A stretch of DNA of 63,902 nucleotides, counting the filler, from Octopus bimaculoides (lineage: Eukaryota), in NCBI RefSeq assembly GCF_001194135.2. It is 6 parts of 5 records of this genome, joined end to end, with 100 filler letters (N's around TTAATTAATTAA, not from the genome) between each part and the next. Parts side by side here need not be neighbours in the genome. Positions count along the whole stretch, not along the records: positions 1 to 7,214 come from NC_068983.1; positions 7,315 to 19,805 come from NC_068984.1; 4 more parts are not named here. One strand, given 5' to 3'. The notes under the pieces were generated by a model, which searched no databases, had not been told where the DNA came from, and saw nothing but the letters and a program-made list of their open reading frames with translations. Shown piece by piece: positions 1-11,944 of this stretch (within the stretch, counting starts at the first letter, position 1; each line of letters begins with the position of its first letter). The translations under genes were made by a program, and so were the position numbers.

Positions 1-75
1 TATTTTCTCGAGCCCGAAACGATGAAAAGCAAGTCGACCTCGGTGGAATTTGAACGTAGAACGTAAAAACGGATG
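1..75 (-). mobile_element. tRNA-derived SINE family B, internal fragment, inverted relative to the copy at 99-307
   Basis: The reverse complement of 1-60 (ttcaaattccaccgaggtcgacttgcttttcatcgtttcgggctcga) matches 176-225. Confidence 0.75.
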
Positions 76-98
76 AAGTGCCAACCATTATTATTATT

Positions 99-307
99 GT
101 AGCGGCGAGCTGACAGGATCGCTAGCACGCCGGGCAAAATGCTTAGCGGCATTTCGGCCGTTGCTACGCTCTGAATTCAAATTCCGCCGAAGTCGACTTT
201 GCCTTTCATCCTTTCGGGATCGATAAATTAAGTACCAGTCAGGTACTGGGGTCGATGTGATCGACTTATCCCCTACCCCAAAATTTCAGGTCTTGTGCCT
301 ACAGTAG
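99..307 (+). mobile_element. tRNA-derived SINE family B
   Basis: Head gcggcgagctgacaggatcgctagc, B-box-like tctgaattcaaattcc, tail aaaatttcaggtcttgtgcct. The same sequence recurs many times in the window. Confidence 0.85.
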
Positions 308-726
308 GACGGATTATTATTATTGTAGCTGTTTCTCGTGCTGGTGTTTTGTTGTTCTCTAATGATATTATTGGTGTTTTCTTCTTAGTAACGACTGCAC
401 CTAACCTTGATTCCGTTCTTGTTATTCTTAGTGTTTGTTGCTGCGTTTGCATGTTTTGTTTGTATAGATGTTGTTGTTGTTGTTATATTTCTTGTAACTG
501 TATTTGTTGTTGCTGCTGAGTTTGCTTCTGTTAGACTGTCAGACTTATTTTGTATTTATTGTTATTGTTCTCGTTGTTGTTGTTGTTGTTACCATACAAC
601 GTGACGAACTTCTGAACGAATAAGAGTGACATAAAATGAACGCAAAAACCTAGTGAACACAGTGCAGACATCTTGCGTGTGAACATTAATACATGCGTGC
701 GTGTGTGTTGCGTGGTTGAGTGTGCG

Positions 727-826
<100 letters not shown>

Positions 827-1469
827 ATGTGTGTGTGTGGGTATCTGTGTCTGTGTGTGTGTGATTATTATGCCGTTTTCGGTTTTCACTGTACACCTAC
901 GTTTCTATACATGCATACAGGTAAATATATAAACATATAAATCGCGTGCAAAATAAAAACTCAATTCATGTAAGACCAGAAAGGGCGTGTATATTGTATA
1001 TTTATTATACTTATTACATTTATTTCCCCTCTCCCCATCTTTCTTCTTCCACGGACTGCCTGTTTGTCTGTCTGTCTCTCTGTCTGCCTGTATTGTCATT
1101 CAGTGTGTCTGTATACGTGTGTGCGTATGATCGCGTGCGCATGTGTATGTGCGGATTAATTATTGTTAGTGTATAGATAAAAAAAACACGTTTTGTGACG
1201 ACTATTTCAATTTGGCATAAAGAGAATCTCTCCCCATCTCTCTCTCTCTCTCTCGCTTACTTTATGTCAAGGCATGTATATGTGTATGTATATGTAGGTG
1301 TGTGTGTAGGTGTATGTGCGTGTGTGTAGGTAGGAGTGTATGTATGTGTGCATGAATAACCACATGTTGCATTATTTATTTTGCTAATGCCAATCTAAGG
1401 TATTTATATAAACATAAATGTGTCTAGCTACGAAAGTGTGTGTGTGTAAGTGTGTGTGTGTGCGTGTGC

Positions 1470-1559
1470 GCACGTATATATATGTATATGTGTATATATG
1501 TATACATATAGAAATATATATGTATATATTTGTATATATATTTGTATATATATATGTAC

Positions 1560-1596
<37 letters not shown>

Positions 1597-1760
1597 TATA
1601 CATGTATATGTATGTATATACACATATATATGTATATATACATATATATGTATACAAATATATATATGTATATCTATCTATCTATCTGTCTATCTATCTA
1701 TCTATCTATCTACCTATCTATCTATCTATCTATCTGTCTATCTATCTATATATATATATA
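1470..1760. repeat. compound (TA)n/(TATG)n/(TATC)n microsatellite
   Basis: Directly visible simple repeats. Confidence 0.95.
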
Positions 1761-2785
1761 TAATATTATAAAATCTGGTAATTAGTCATATATTAATTAA
1801 TATCGATTAATTATCAAGAGGCCAGCACATCTAAAGAATCAAAGAGATTCAGAAATATTATCTGCAATCTCAGGGGATTAAGGTACATTTTAAAAAAATA
1901 ACGTTGACCACTAACGTGGACAATTAATGCGCTAGAAATAGATCACATCTTGTGTCTATTAAGACCTAAATTGTTCTCAACATGAAATATAGCAGCATAC
2001 CAAAAACGTGAGCGGGCAAGACATTTAAAATCACCTAAAAAAGCATTATTAAANNNNNNNNNNNNNNNNNNNNNNNNNNNNNNNNNNNNNNNNNNNNNNN
2101 NNNNNNNNNNNNNNNNNNNNNNNNNNNNNNNNNNNNNNNNNNNNNNNNNNNNNNNNNNNNNNNNNNNNNNNNNNNNNNNNNNNNNNNNNNNNNNNNNNNN
2201 NNNNNNNNNNNNNNNNNNNNNNNNNNNNNNNNNNNNNNNNNNNNNNNNNNNNNNNNNNNNNNNNNNNNNNNNNNNNNNNNNNNNNNNNNNNNNNNNNNNN
2301 NNNNNNNNNNNNNNNNNNNNNNNNNNNNNNNNNNNNNNNNNNNNNNNNNNNNNNNNNNNNNNNNNNNNNNNNNNNNNNNNNNNNNNNNNNNNNNNNNNNN
2401 NNNNNNNNNNNNNNNNNNNNNNNNNNNNNNNNNNNNNNNNNNNNNNNNNNNNNNNNNNNNNNNNNNNNNNNNNNNNNNNNNNNNNNNNNNNNNNNNNNNN
2501 NNNNNNNNNNNNNNNNNNNNNNNNNNNNNNNNNNNNNNNNNNNNNNNNNNNNNNNNNNNNNNNNNNNNNNNNNNNNNNNNNNNNNNNNNNNNNNNNNNNN
2601 NNNNNNNNNNNNNNNNNNNNNNNNNNNNNNNNNNNNNNNNNNNNNNNNNNNNNNNNNNNNNNNNNNNNNNNNNNNNNNNNNNNNNNNNNNNNNNNNNNNN
2701 NNNNNNNNNNNNNNNNNNNNNNNNNNNNNNNNNNNNNNNNNNNNNNNNNNNNNNNNNNNNNNNNNNNNNNNNNNNNNNNNNNNNN

Positions 2786-2834
<49 letters not shown>

Positions 2835-3295
2835 TACATATTCCTTATGGGTAACGTAAAAAAAAGCAATAAAAGAGATGGTGATGAAAAGGACGTTGAT
2901 AATTGAAAATTAGTCGACTGAATACCAGAATGTATTAAATCGGCTCTATTCGACAATAAAAAATGGCATTAAATACCAATTGACTAATACATTTATTATA
3001 TAGTTCCTATAGTATCAAATATGCTAAGAAGTTGAACTTGTTTCAAGCCAGGAGCGAACTCACAACGAAGATTATATTGGCATAAAAGTACCTGCTTTAT
3101 TCAGTATACATTATATAAAATGTATTTATAAATAATGTCCATGCATGTTTGTAATAATGCACGTTTGTAGTAATCTGTTTAATTATGCAATGAAAATATT
3201 TAAACGTGTTATCTGATTTAAATAATGAATGCCCCAGCATGGCCAAAGCTATAGGACTAGATCACATCAAGGAAATAATGGAGATCATTCAAATT

Positions 3296-3354
3296 CACAC
3301 ACACACGCACACACACACACACACACACACATACATACATACATACATGCATGC

Positions 3355-3385
<31 letters not shown>

Positions 3386-3405
3386 CATACATACATACAT
3401 ACATA
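3296..3405. repeat. (CA)n-(CATA)n microsatellite
   Basis: Directly visible simple repeats. Confidence 0.95.
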
Positions 3406-4149
3406 CTAATATAATTACCAGTGTAACTGTTACTGTCTGTGCTTCCGCTATGCAAACCATAGGCAACTAGATGCTGTTTCATTTTCTCAATATGTATTTC
3501 GTTAAAACACCCATAGATCATTTAGTTAGCTGAATACTGAAGAGAAATATAGATAAGTTTAACTGTATGTATATATGTGTGTCTGTACACNNNNNNNNNN
3601 NNNNNNNNNNNNNNNNNNNNNNNNNNNNNNNNNNNNNNNNNNNNNNNNNNNNNNNNNNNNNNNNNNNNNNNNNNNNNNNNNNNNNNNNNNNNNNNNNNNN
3701 NNNNNNNNNNNNNNNNNNNNNNNNNNNNNNNNNNNNNNNNNNNNNNNNNNNNNNNNNNNNNNNNNNNNNNNNNNNNNNNNNNNNNNNNNNNNNNNNNNNN
3801 NNNNNNNNNNNNNNNNNNNNNNNNNNNNNNNNNNNNNNNNNNNNNNNNNNNNNNNNNNNNNNNNNNNNNNNNNNNNNNNNNNNNNNNNNNNNNNNNNNNN
3901 NNNNNNNNNNNNNNNNNNNNNNNNNNNNNNNNNNNNNNNNNNNNNNNNNNNNNNNNNNNNNNNNNNNNNNNNNNNNNNNNNNNNNNNNNNNNNNNNNNNN
4001 NNNNNNNNNNNNNNNNNNNNNNNNNNNNNNNNNNNNNNNNNNNNNNNNNNNNNNNNAATGTACTGTTCCGTTATAGAAAATTTAGGAAAAAAATGTACTC
4101 TATCTGGTGAGAGAAATATTATTTATTTATTATTTATTTAAAGGACACA

Positions 4150-4900
4150 ATACGTGTCTTTAAGTGCTACTAATAGTTTTATATGTTGAGACTTATCTCA
4201 AGCATATTCATCAGGCACAAACCACATATCATAACGAACTAAAAAAAAATTGAATAAGAAGAACCACGATATAGAAAGCGATATAGAAAACGCCGAAGTT
4301 TAAAAAGACGGAAAACGAAAACACAAAAACTAAACTGAAAAGTAAAAAGTAAAAAGGTAAAAGGGTTAGACCTTAAATTATAAGGTTGGAAAGATATCAA
4401 CAAGTTAATCAGGAATAGGCTGAATTTTCCAATTCTTCGAAATATATGCATGCATATGCTTGCAACCACTGAAAATTTCAGACCTAGAGTTCAATAGAGA
4501 GCTAGGGATCTTAGATATGAACAGATCTGCGTTCTTTCAGCTAAACAAAGGCTACATTTATCCGATTCATTAACATAAGGTATTGATTTCTCAATTGTTT
4601 TCCACTTAATCACATGTGGTGTTTCGTTATCTTTCAAACTCCATACGTAGCTAGCCAACTTAGGACCTTTGCTTTCGTCCCTATGACGGAAGGAGAATTC
4701 TAAAATCGCTACGCATTGGCATAGTGATTTTTTAATTCTTTTTCACATAATCCTGCTCTATAGGTCTTCTTATCAGTTGTATTATTATTTAGGGTTGCAG
4801 TAACTTCTGCCTCGTATATGATAGATTTAATCAAACATCGTTGGTCAAGTAGACAGGATCCTGGGTCGCGACAGTTACAAATGGATTTAGGCTCTTGGTA
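4150..4900 (-). mobile_element. Penelope-like element 3' fragment: decayed GIY-YIG endonuclease C-terminus plus pseudo-LTR
   Basis: Minus-strand translation with frameshifts: CNCRDPGSCLLDQRCLIKSIIYEAEVTA...KKTY..GLCEK...KLASYVWSLKDNETPHVIKWKTIEKSIPYVNESDKCSLCLAE...LLNSRSEIFSGCKH. This is the typical PLE GIY-YIG pattern, followed by a hammerhead motif. Confidence 0.85.
4164..4218 (-). ncRNA. minimal type I hammerhead ribozyme motif (G12 to A variant) in a PLE pseudo-LTR
   Basis: GTGC-CTGATGA-ATATG(C)TTGAGA-taag-TCTCAACATAT-AAAA-CT-att-AG-TA-GCAC: stem I GTGC/GCAC, 11-bp stem II, short stem III, GUA cleavage triplet. Confidence 0.75.
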
Positions 4901-5134
4901 TTGACCACGTGTAATGATACCACATTATGAAGGGTATCGTTACACAAGTATCATTACACGTGGTCAAATTTGAGGCTGGTTTAACTTCGATAGAGCAGAC
5001 GCAATCCACGAAGTTAATCGTCAAGCGATTAAGTGCAACATACGGAATAGTTGTTGTAGACATATTGTCCCTTTTAGCTGAGAAACACTGCACACACCGA
5101 CATACAGTAAAGATTTAAAAAAACATCTTTATCA

Positions 5135-5370
5135 AGCTTTATGAACTCATAAGGGCCGGTTTTCCGGTTTTCGTGATGTATATATATTTACCTATTGGAT
5201 GGGACACCGGCCTGTCACAGGATTACTCATTTTTGTCAGTTGGCGCAACTGGAGCAACATGAAATGAAGTGTGTTGCTCAAAAATACAACCCGTCACCCG
5301 ATCCAAGAATTGAAATCATAATCTTACAATCATGAGTCAAATACCCTAACCACTAGGCCACACGCCTCCA
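5135..5370 (-). mobile_element. tRNA-derived SINE family A variant, fragment
   Basis: Shares ggagcaacatgaaatgaagtgtgttgctcaa and the tRNA-like head end ctaaccactaggccacacgcctcca with copies at 45.2 and 45.8 kb. Confidence 0.7.
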
Positions 5371-5564
5371 CCCGACATACAGCGGTTAACATAAAATGCA
5401 CAGTCTGACATTCTGAATATTTTCTTCACCTTCCAGTCTATTTTGATGTTTGTGGCTAGTAAGATGACCAAAGTATATTTGTTCAGTGTGCTACTATTGC
5501 TGCTCCAAAGAAACTAGCCTTTATTCAGAGGCTCGAATTGTTACATCTATCTAAAATGATTAAA

Positions 5565-6320
5565 TATATTGGATAACAGTTCTTTGGAAGGAAATTCAAC
5601 CATGTTTCGTGGTCTGCTACCACAACAGCTCCTTTATAGGATCCAGTTAGCTCAAGACATCATCAGGAGGAACCACGTCCGGTTTCGGCCCCTACTCCTC
5701 TACCGTTTTGACGTGGTGGGCATCCCCCTTTCGAAGGTGTCTTCAGCTCTGGTGTTGGGTGCATGTCTTCTTTCTTCTATTCCCTGGCCTCTTCGATGCA
5801 GCATCAACGAGTGTCAGCGTCCGACTGATTGTCTTGTTAAATTCCCCTTTTTATATCTGCTGCTAGGCTCCAGCAGGCTGCCCCAGCAAGTTGTCACGAG
5901 ACACTGTCTAAATTTCCCGCTGCTAGGGTCCAGTATGTTTGGCACAATATTTGCCCTGATCGAGCAGGCTTCTAATTAAATGTGTTCCGGCCCTAACCAA
6001 CCTGTTTTTTTTTTTGTTTTTTTTTTGTAGGCACAATACACCTAGAGTCACATAATGAAATACGTCCTTCCTTCTTTAAAACAGTAGTGAATAATTTGAA
6101 AGAAAATTGCCTGTTATTTGTAGCAGGTTCATCGATTGTATTCGAGCACTTTCGTTGTTCTCCCCACTTACTTAACTTCCTTGTTGCTAATTCTTTTAAC
6201 GTTTCTTTCCTAATCTCATGCAACTTATCCTCTTTTCTGTCGCTACACTTTATTCTCAACTTTTCTCTCCGTCTTTCGGCATTTCTCACTTCCAGCAAGT
6301 CTCTTACTTTCCATTGTTGT
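5565..6320 (-). mobile_element. probable Penelope-like pseudo-LTR plus K/E/R-rich ORF fragment
   Basis: GC-richer island with two CTGANGA...GAAAC motif pairs on the minus strand and a charged ORF at 5993-6298 (LEVRNAERRREKLRIKCSDRKEDKLHEIRKETLKEL). No catalytic domain seen. Confidence 0.4.
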
Positions 6321-6321
6321 T

Positions 6322-6690
6322 GGCACTCCGTCGCTTACGACGACGAGGATTCCAGTTGATCCGATCAACGGATCAGCCTGCTCGTGAAATTAACGTGCAA
6401 GTGGCTGAGCACTCCACAGACACATGTACCCTTAACGTAGTTCTCGGGGATATTCAGCGTGACACAGTGTGACAAGGCTGGCCCTTTGAATTACAGGCAC
6501 AACAGAAACAGGAAGAAAGAGTGAGAGAAAGTTGTGGTGAAAGAGTACAGCAGGGTTCGCCACCATCCCCTGCCGGAGCCCCGTGGAGCTTTAGGTGTTT
6601 TCGCTCAATAAACACACACAACGCCCGGTCTGGGAATCGAAACCGCGATCCTATGACCGCAAGTCCGCTGCCCTAAACACTGGGCCACTT
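6322..6690 (-). mobile_element. tRNA-derived SINE family A, near full length
   Basis: Minus-strand head tggcccagtgtttagggcagcggacttgcggtcataggatcgcggtttcgattccc with A/B boxes; near-identical to 50038-50411. Confidence 0.9.
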
Positions 6691-6759
6691 TCCATACATA
6701 CATACATACATACATACATACATACATACATTCCATTGGTTCGAAAAATATTAGTGGAA

Positions 6760-7080
6760 CTTAAAAATTACAAGCACCACCAAGTTAAAATACAATCGGC
6801 TAAAAATATATGCTGTTATGGAAAACAGCTACCCTCTGGATATCAATGAGGTCAGAAAAATACAAGAGAAAGAAGACATCTATGTATCACAGATAAGGAG
6901 TTTGCAAATCTACTGCCCAAGGTAGACTTTCAACTTATACATATCATGATTGGAGCAACAGAATACGTACTAAACTGCCTAGAGCAAAATATGTCTGAAC
7001 GTTGGTTCTTGGGGAGAGAATGGAAATCCTTAATTCATACACTAAAAATGGTCATGATTTAAAGTATGATTAATAAAACA
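6760..7080 (+). mobile_element. R4/Dong-like non-LTR retrotransposon, restriction-like endonuclease C-terminal remnant
   Basis: Decayed translation ...SYPLDINEVRKIQEKEDIYVSQIRSLQIYCPR...IMIGAT.YVLNCLEQN resembles the D..P...KEKY / P.IIGALG RLE motif. Confidence 0.55.
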
Positions 7081-7258
7081 AGATGTTTTCCTTCACAACA
7101 TTTCAGGCAGGTAGCTAGTCAAAAATAACTCTTAAGATCAACCAGCTAACTCGCACATTATAATTACAGTCTGTAAGCAGAACAGTAAAAATATGCAATA
7201 CATTTCCCGAGTTCNNNNNNNNNNNNNNNNNNNNNNNNNNNNNNNNNNNNNNNNNNNN

Positions 7259-7270
7259 TTAATTAATTAA
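7259..7270. other. assembly gap placeholder TTAATTAATTAA between two 44-N runs (also 19850-19861, 28200-28211, 54563-54574, 62755-62766)
   Basis: Identical 44N+12+44N = 100-bp block five times; the palindrome gives stop codons in all six frames. Confidence 0.95.
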
Positions 7271-8029
7271 NNNNNNNNNNNNNNNNNNNNNNNNNNNNNN
7301 NNNNNNNNNNNNNNATATATATATATATATATATACACAAACACGCATACATACATATATACATTTATATATGTGCGTCTGCGTAGTGGTGGTGATGGGT
7401 GCGTTGCGTGTGCTCTTGTGCGTGTGTGCGTATATCAATCACCCAAATGAATCGCAATTTTATTTAGTCACTTAAAGCTATCTATAATGGCTTCACATGT
7501 GTCACGTTTTGAAAGAACATTTTAATTAAGCTATTTATAATCACTTTATATTGCTGAAACGCATGTAAGATGCTCTAAATACCTTATAGATAATCACTGA
7601 GTTATTATCATATTCGTTATGGTTTGTTGAATGAGAAGCAAAGAATTTAGCTGTCGTTGTTTGCTGTATTTTTCAGATTTAGTACATCGTTATGAATAAT
7701 ATTTCGTAGCTATAAATTATAACTATTTCTTTACTGTAATGATGTTACTTGTTATTTTTAATGTTGTAAACACTGCCAGATTGAACCGTTCTGCCCAAGT
7801 ATCGAGATCATACTGGTATCCCTTTCGGTACCTGATGACGGGAAGACGCATATTTTATACTCGATTTTGAAGTTTCTAGATCTCAACCTAATTATCTCTC
7901 AAAGTGAAAAAGTTTTTTTGTGGATACATACTTTGTGGGGATTGCTTACTTGGTTTTCATTATAGGTTACAAAATTAGGTTTGGACTAGACTTAGATATT
8001 GCTACCTACTTTTTGAGAGTTTATGTATG

Positions 8030-8087
<58 letters not shown>

Positions 8088-8129
8088 CATCCCGTCTTCG
8101 CCGTGAACAGGATTAATCTTCTCTCTTCG

Positions 8130-8660
8130 CTCCTTTGCGCCAGGAGGGCTCAACTCCACTCCCCTCTTCATCTAACTTTCCTTCTCTCTTCCACTCACCT
8201 CTCCTCTCCTCTCTTTCTCTAATACCAACATCCTCTCTTCGCTCCTACCCCCCTTCTCCCTTCCAGCCTCTCCCTTCATCGTCACTCCATCATTACCCAA
8301 CCCCTACACATACCAACCTCCTCATCCCTATAAATCGCATCCCGACCCTACCCTACTCACACACTCCACTCACACATACTCCACCCCACCCTCACACTCA
8401 ACTCCTACATACCTCACTCTTGCATCTTCTACAACGCAACAGCCCCATACACATCCACACTTTATCATGCCACACTGCACCACAACCCAACACACCACAA
8501 CACAACATACCACACATCACCACACCATCATACCACAACAGACCATCACACAACAACCCAACACACAACACACCACATATCACCACACCAGCATACCACA
8601 TCACACCATCCCGCACACACTAGCACTGACCACTTCCTATTATCCCCACTATCATCAACA
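8130..8660. repeat. low-complexity CT-rich then CA-rich cryptic repeat
   Basis: Pyrimidine tract followed by cacaacacaacataccac-like iterations. Confidence 0.8.
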
Positions 8661-8677
8661 CTCCTACACATGCACAC

Positions 8678-9223
8678 ATGGAAAGGGAACTTCATGCAAA
8701 AGAGGTTCTTCTCTCTATCTGGTGGGATTGCAACGGAGTAATACACTTTGAATTGTTACCACCTAATGCAACAATCAATGATCAAGTGTACTGTCAGCAA
8801 TTAGAGCGTTTGAACCAAGCTTTGAAGAAAAAAGACCCGTTTTAGAGAATTGAAAAGGAGTGATGTTTCCTCAGGACAATGCGTAACCCTACACAGCAAA
8901 GATCATATCACAGAAGATCGAAGAACTTGGTTGCAAAAAATTCCTCAACCACCTTATTGTCTCGACCTTGCTCCTTCAGACTACCATGTGTTTCGTAGTT
9001 TACAGAATCATTTGGGGAGATAGCTTTCGCAAGGTGGTCAAAACTGACATTTCAGGGTTCTTTCAGAGTTATACATTGATCGATTATATAGTTTGTAAAT
9101 GGATGGAAGGAAGTCATAGATAATCAGGGAATGTACATTGATGATTACATTTCAATTAAAAATTAAATTTGATCACTTGTTTTCTTTTTTCAAAATTCGG
9201 ACAGAACTTATGTGATGACCTGG
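8678..9223 (+). mobile_element. mariner (DD34D) transposase 3' half with right TIR, decayed
   Basis: ELHAKEVLLSIWWDCNGVIHFELLPPNATINDQVYCQQLERLNQALKKK...QDNA...PY.LDLAPSDYHVFRSLQNHL; ends cggacagaacttatgtgatgacctgg|ta. Confidence 0.9.
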
Positions 9224-11278
9224 TAATAAGAATACAGGAATTCAGAATTTTGTCTTTCTCATTATGTCGAATATTAAATTAATACATTGTCTTTCTAGGT
9301 AAGTATTTAATGTGAAAATTATTGGTGAATTTTCATTGAAGTTACATGCTTGGTTCTTTTTCTCCAATTTCATTATATATCATATTGCTTGCACTAATGT
9401 ATTAATATTCAAATATGATTTTAATGGAGAGAATAAAATCTCCTACTCTATTCAAATTTAATTTACATCTGTATTTTTTGTTAATTTATAACTCCCAGGT
9501 TTGCTATTTTTTTACATTACACATAAACTTGAATCTACGAAACACTTTTCGTTTCCAATTCTTTTATAAAATCAAAGAAATGAACCTTCGATATTTTTTG
9601 AAAATAAATTTCGAATTCTCAGCATGAGCAAGTAATAATGCAAATAATTTCGAACGGTTATATAGAAATGTTGCTGTGTTCTAATAGGAGACTATAGCAA
9701 CATTTGTTCCAAGTAAACGGCATGTTAATGACATCCATTAAATTATAATTATAATAGTGAAAGCTTTCAATTTATATGTAAACAGGAGCATTATATATCG
9801 ATATTTTATGAGAATTCTTTTCAAATGAGTGTTTAAATTAATCAAATGTTTTCCAATCGGTAAATCAATATTCAACCTGCTTTACGATTATTATGGTTGT
9901 TAGTGTCAATCATCTATCAAGGAGTGAGAATATATCAGAAAATTGAACAAAATATATTTTTCAGAATCGTTAAATAATACATGATAAAATTATAACTATT
10001 GGGGTATTGTTTTCAGATATGTAACTTTTTTTCCTTTGTTGCTGAGTTTACTATTTCTATTGCATTTGAAAATTCCTTGATGGAAATCGCATTCCATTTT
10101 TGGAAATACGTTCATTTTGTTTTACTTCTATTTTAAAGATTCTGTAAATACTCCGCTGTTAGAAGAAACGATGCTGTGTGATACTAATTTTAATAAGAAA
10201 GAAAGAAAACCATTCTTTGTTTTAAAAAATCTATTTTACATTTTCTTTCAGTTCGATACTTTTGTGTTACTTTTAAACTAATTTTATAAAGTATTTATAG
10301 TTTTATAGATATTGATTTTATTATAATATCTTAATTTCATTTGAAAATATATTTACAATTTTTGAGAAAGGAGTTTTTGGAATGTTGTGGTGTCAGATCA
10401 AGTTTACACTTTAAATTCGAATTCAGTTAAGTGAGAAAAATGAAGATGATAAATTAAGATAATAAAATGATCTCACATTTTCGCAGTATAACCTCAGTTG
10501 AAAACAAAACGTGTTTCTTGTGAAATATGAAAAGAAAGCAAATAAATAAATCTATTATTGGTTTTAGTTAATACAAACAGAAATTGATTTCATATTATAG
10601 TAAAAAAAGAATTCAAAATTTCAGGAATGTTTCATTACTCGATATTGTTTAAGTAATCACATACAAATTTTCATGACTAGCGTAATTTAAGATAACACAA
10701 GAACTTTATAATATTTTAATTTTTTAAGGCCCACCATTTATTGTTTATGCGAATACTTAAAATATTTCACATAATGCAAATATTTTCTACGTCTACTGTT
10801 TCCAAATAATCTATGGGAAATCGAATTTACAGTTACATAAGTTGTTTAAGATTTGGTTTCAAAATATAGCCTGACCAACGAGATTCATTAAACAGTTCGA
10901 GTTAGAATTGGTAACAGAGACAGATAACTGATGAAATACTAAACTGATGAAATACTAAACTGATGATTAATGTTTTCTATGGGGCCGAGTAAACTTTGTA
11001 TAAGCGTGAAACTATTTCTAACTGTTACTTCGTGGAACTTTTCATTTTTATTCTTCGAGTTTTGAGACATAAAACGGCACCCGTGCCAATGTTGCATTGT
11101 TTTAATCCCAACGTCTGCATGTTGACACACCTGGGGTCTCATAGTATTGTCATGGGAAATGTTATTTGATATGTTTGGGCTGTGTGAGAATGCATTGGAA
11201 ACAGAGATACAACGGATTTTATACACACGCACACACACATACACCCACACACATATACATACATATATATAGAGAGAT

Positions 11279-11345
<67 letters not shown>

Positions 11346-11944
11346 CCACGTCATTCTTAAACGGATGGATTCTCTTCAAGATCGTCCTGAAAAATGAAGT
11401 CATACTAAAGAAAGAAAGTGCGAGATATGCCATGAAGATAGCTCATGATGTAGGAAGAAACTATTTCATAAACACTAGAATTGGTTCAACACCGAAATAT
11501 ATTACATTTGCCTACAATTCAAAACTGACACTTACTTTTCCAGATATAATAGCCGGATATTTCATTAAATATAACAATTTATAAAACTAATGACAAATTC
11601 GTTATTTCTATGAATTTGAAATTTCTTACCCTATTGATGATTATATAATATATTACTAGAATGCAATTTATGTTCAGAGAATCTTGAGAACACTATTTTA
11701 ATATCTATTATTTCATTTAGTATTGAGGAATCTAAATATACCACACTCAGAATATGAAATATAAGACAAATCCTCTACATATGTACCTATTCCATTTACA
11801 ATAATGAAATAGGAATATTCGAACACTGCCGAAGACGGAAAAATTCAGTAAATGAAGTCAACAATCTAATGGGTGACAAACAATGAATTGTATGACATGC
11901 TTCCCATAAATCTATAATGTAAGTTATTTCAACACATCGCAATA

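Noticed and set aside
6322-6690. SINE heads as genuine tRNA genes or a spaced-repeat (CRISPR-like) array
   Set aside because: They are multi-copy interspersed SINEs with bodies and TSDs in eukaryotic DNA; no regular repeat-spacer array or cas genes.
7259-7270. Recurrent TTAATTAATTAA palindrome (five times)
   Set aside because: Always embedded in a fixed 44N+12+44N block; an assembly placeholder, not biology.
10925-10970. Three CTGATGA motifs (ribozyme or C/D-box-like)
   Set aside because: They arise from a 16-bp tandem repeat with no supporting structure.
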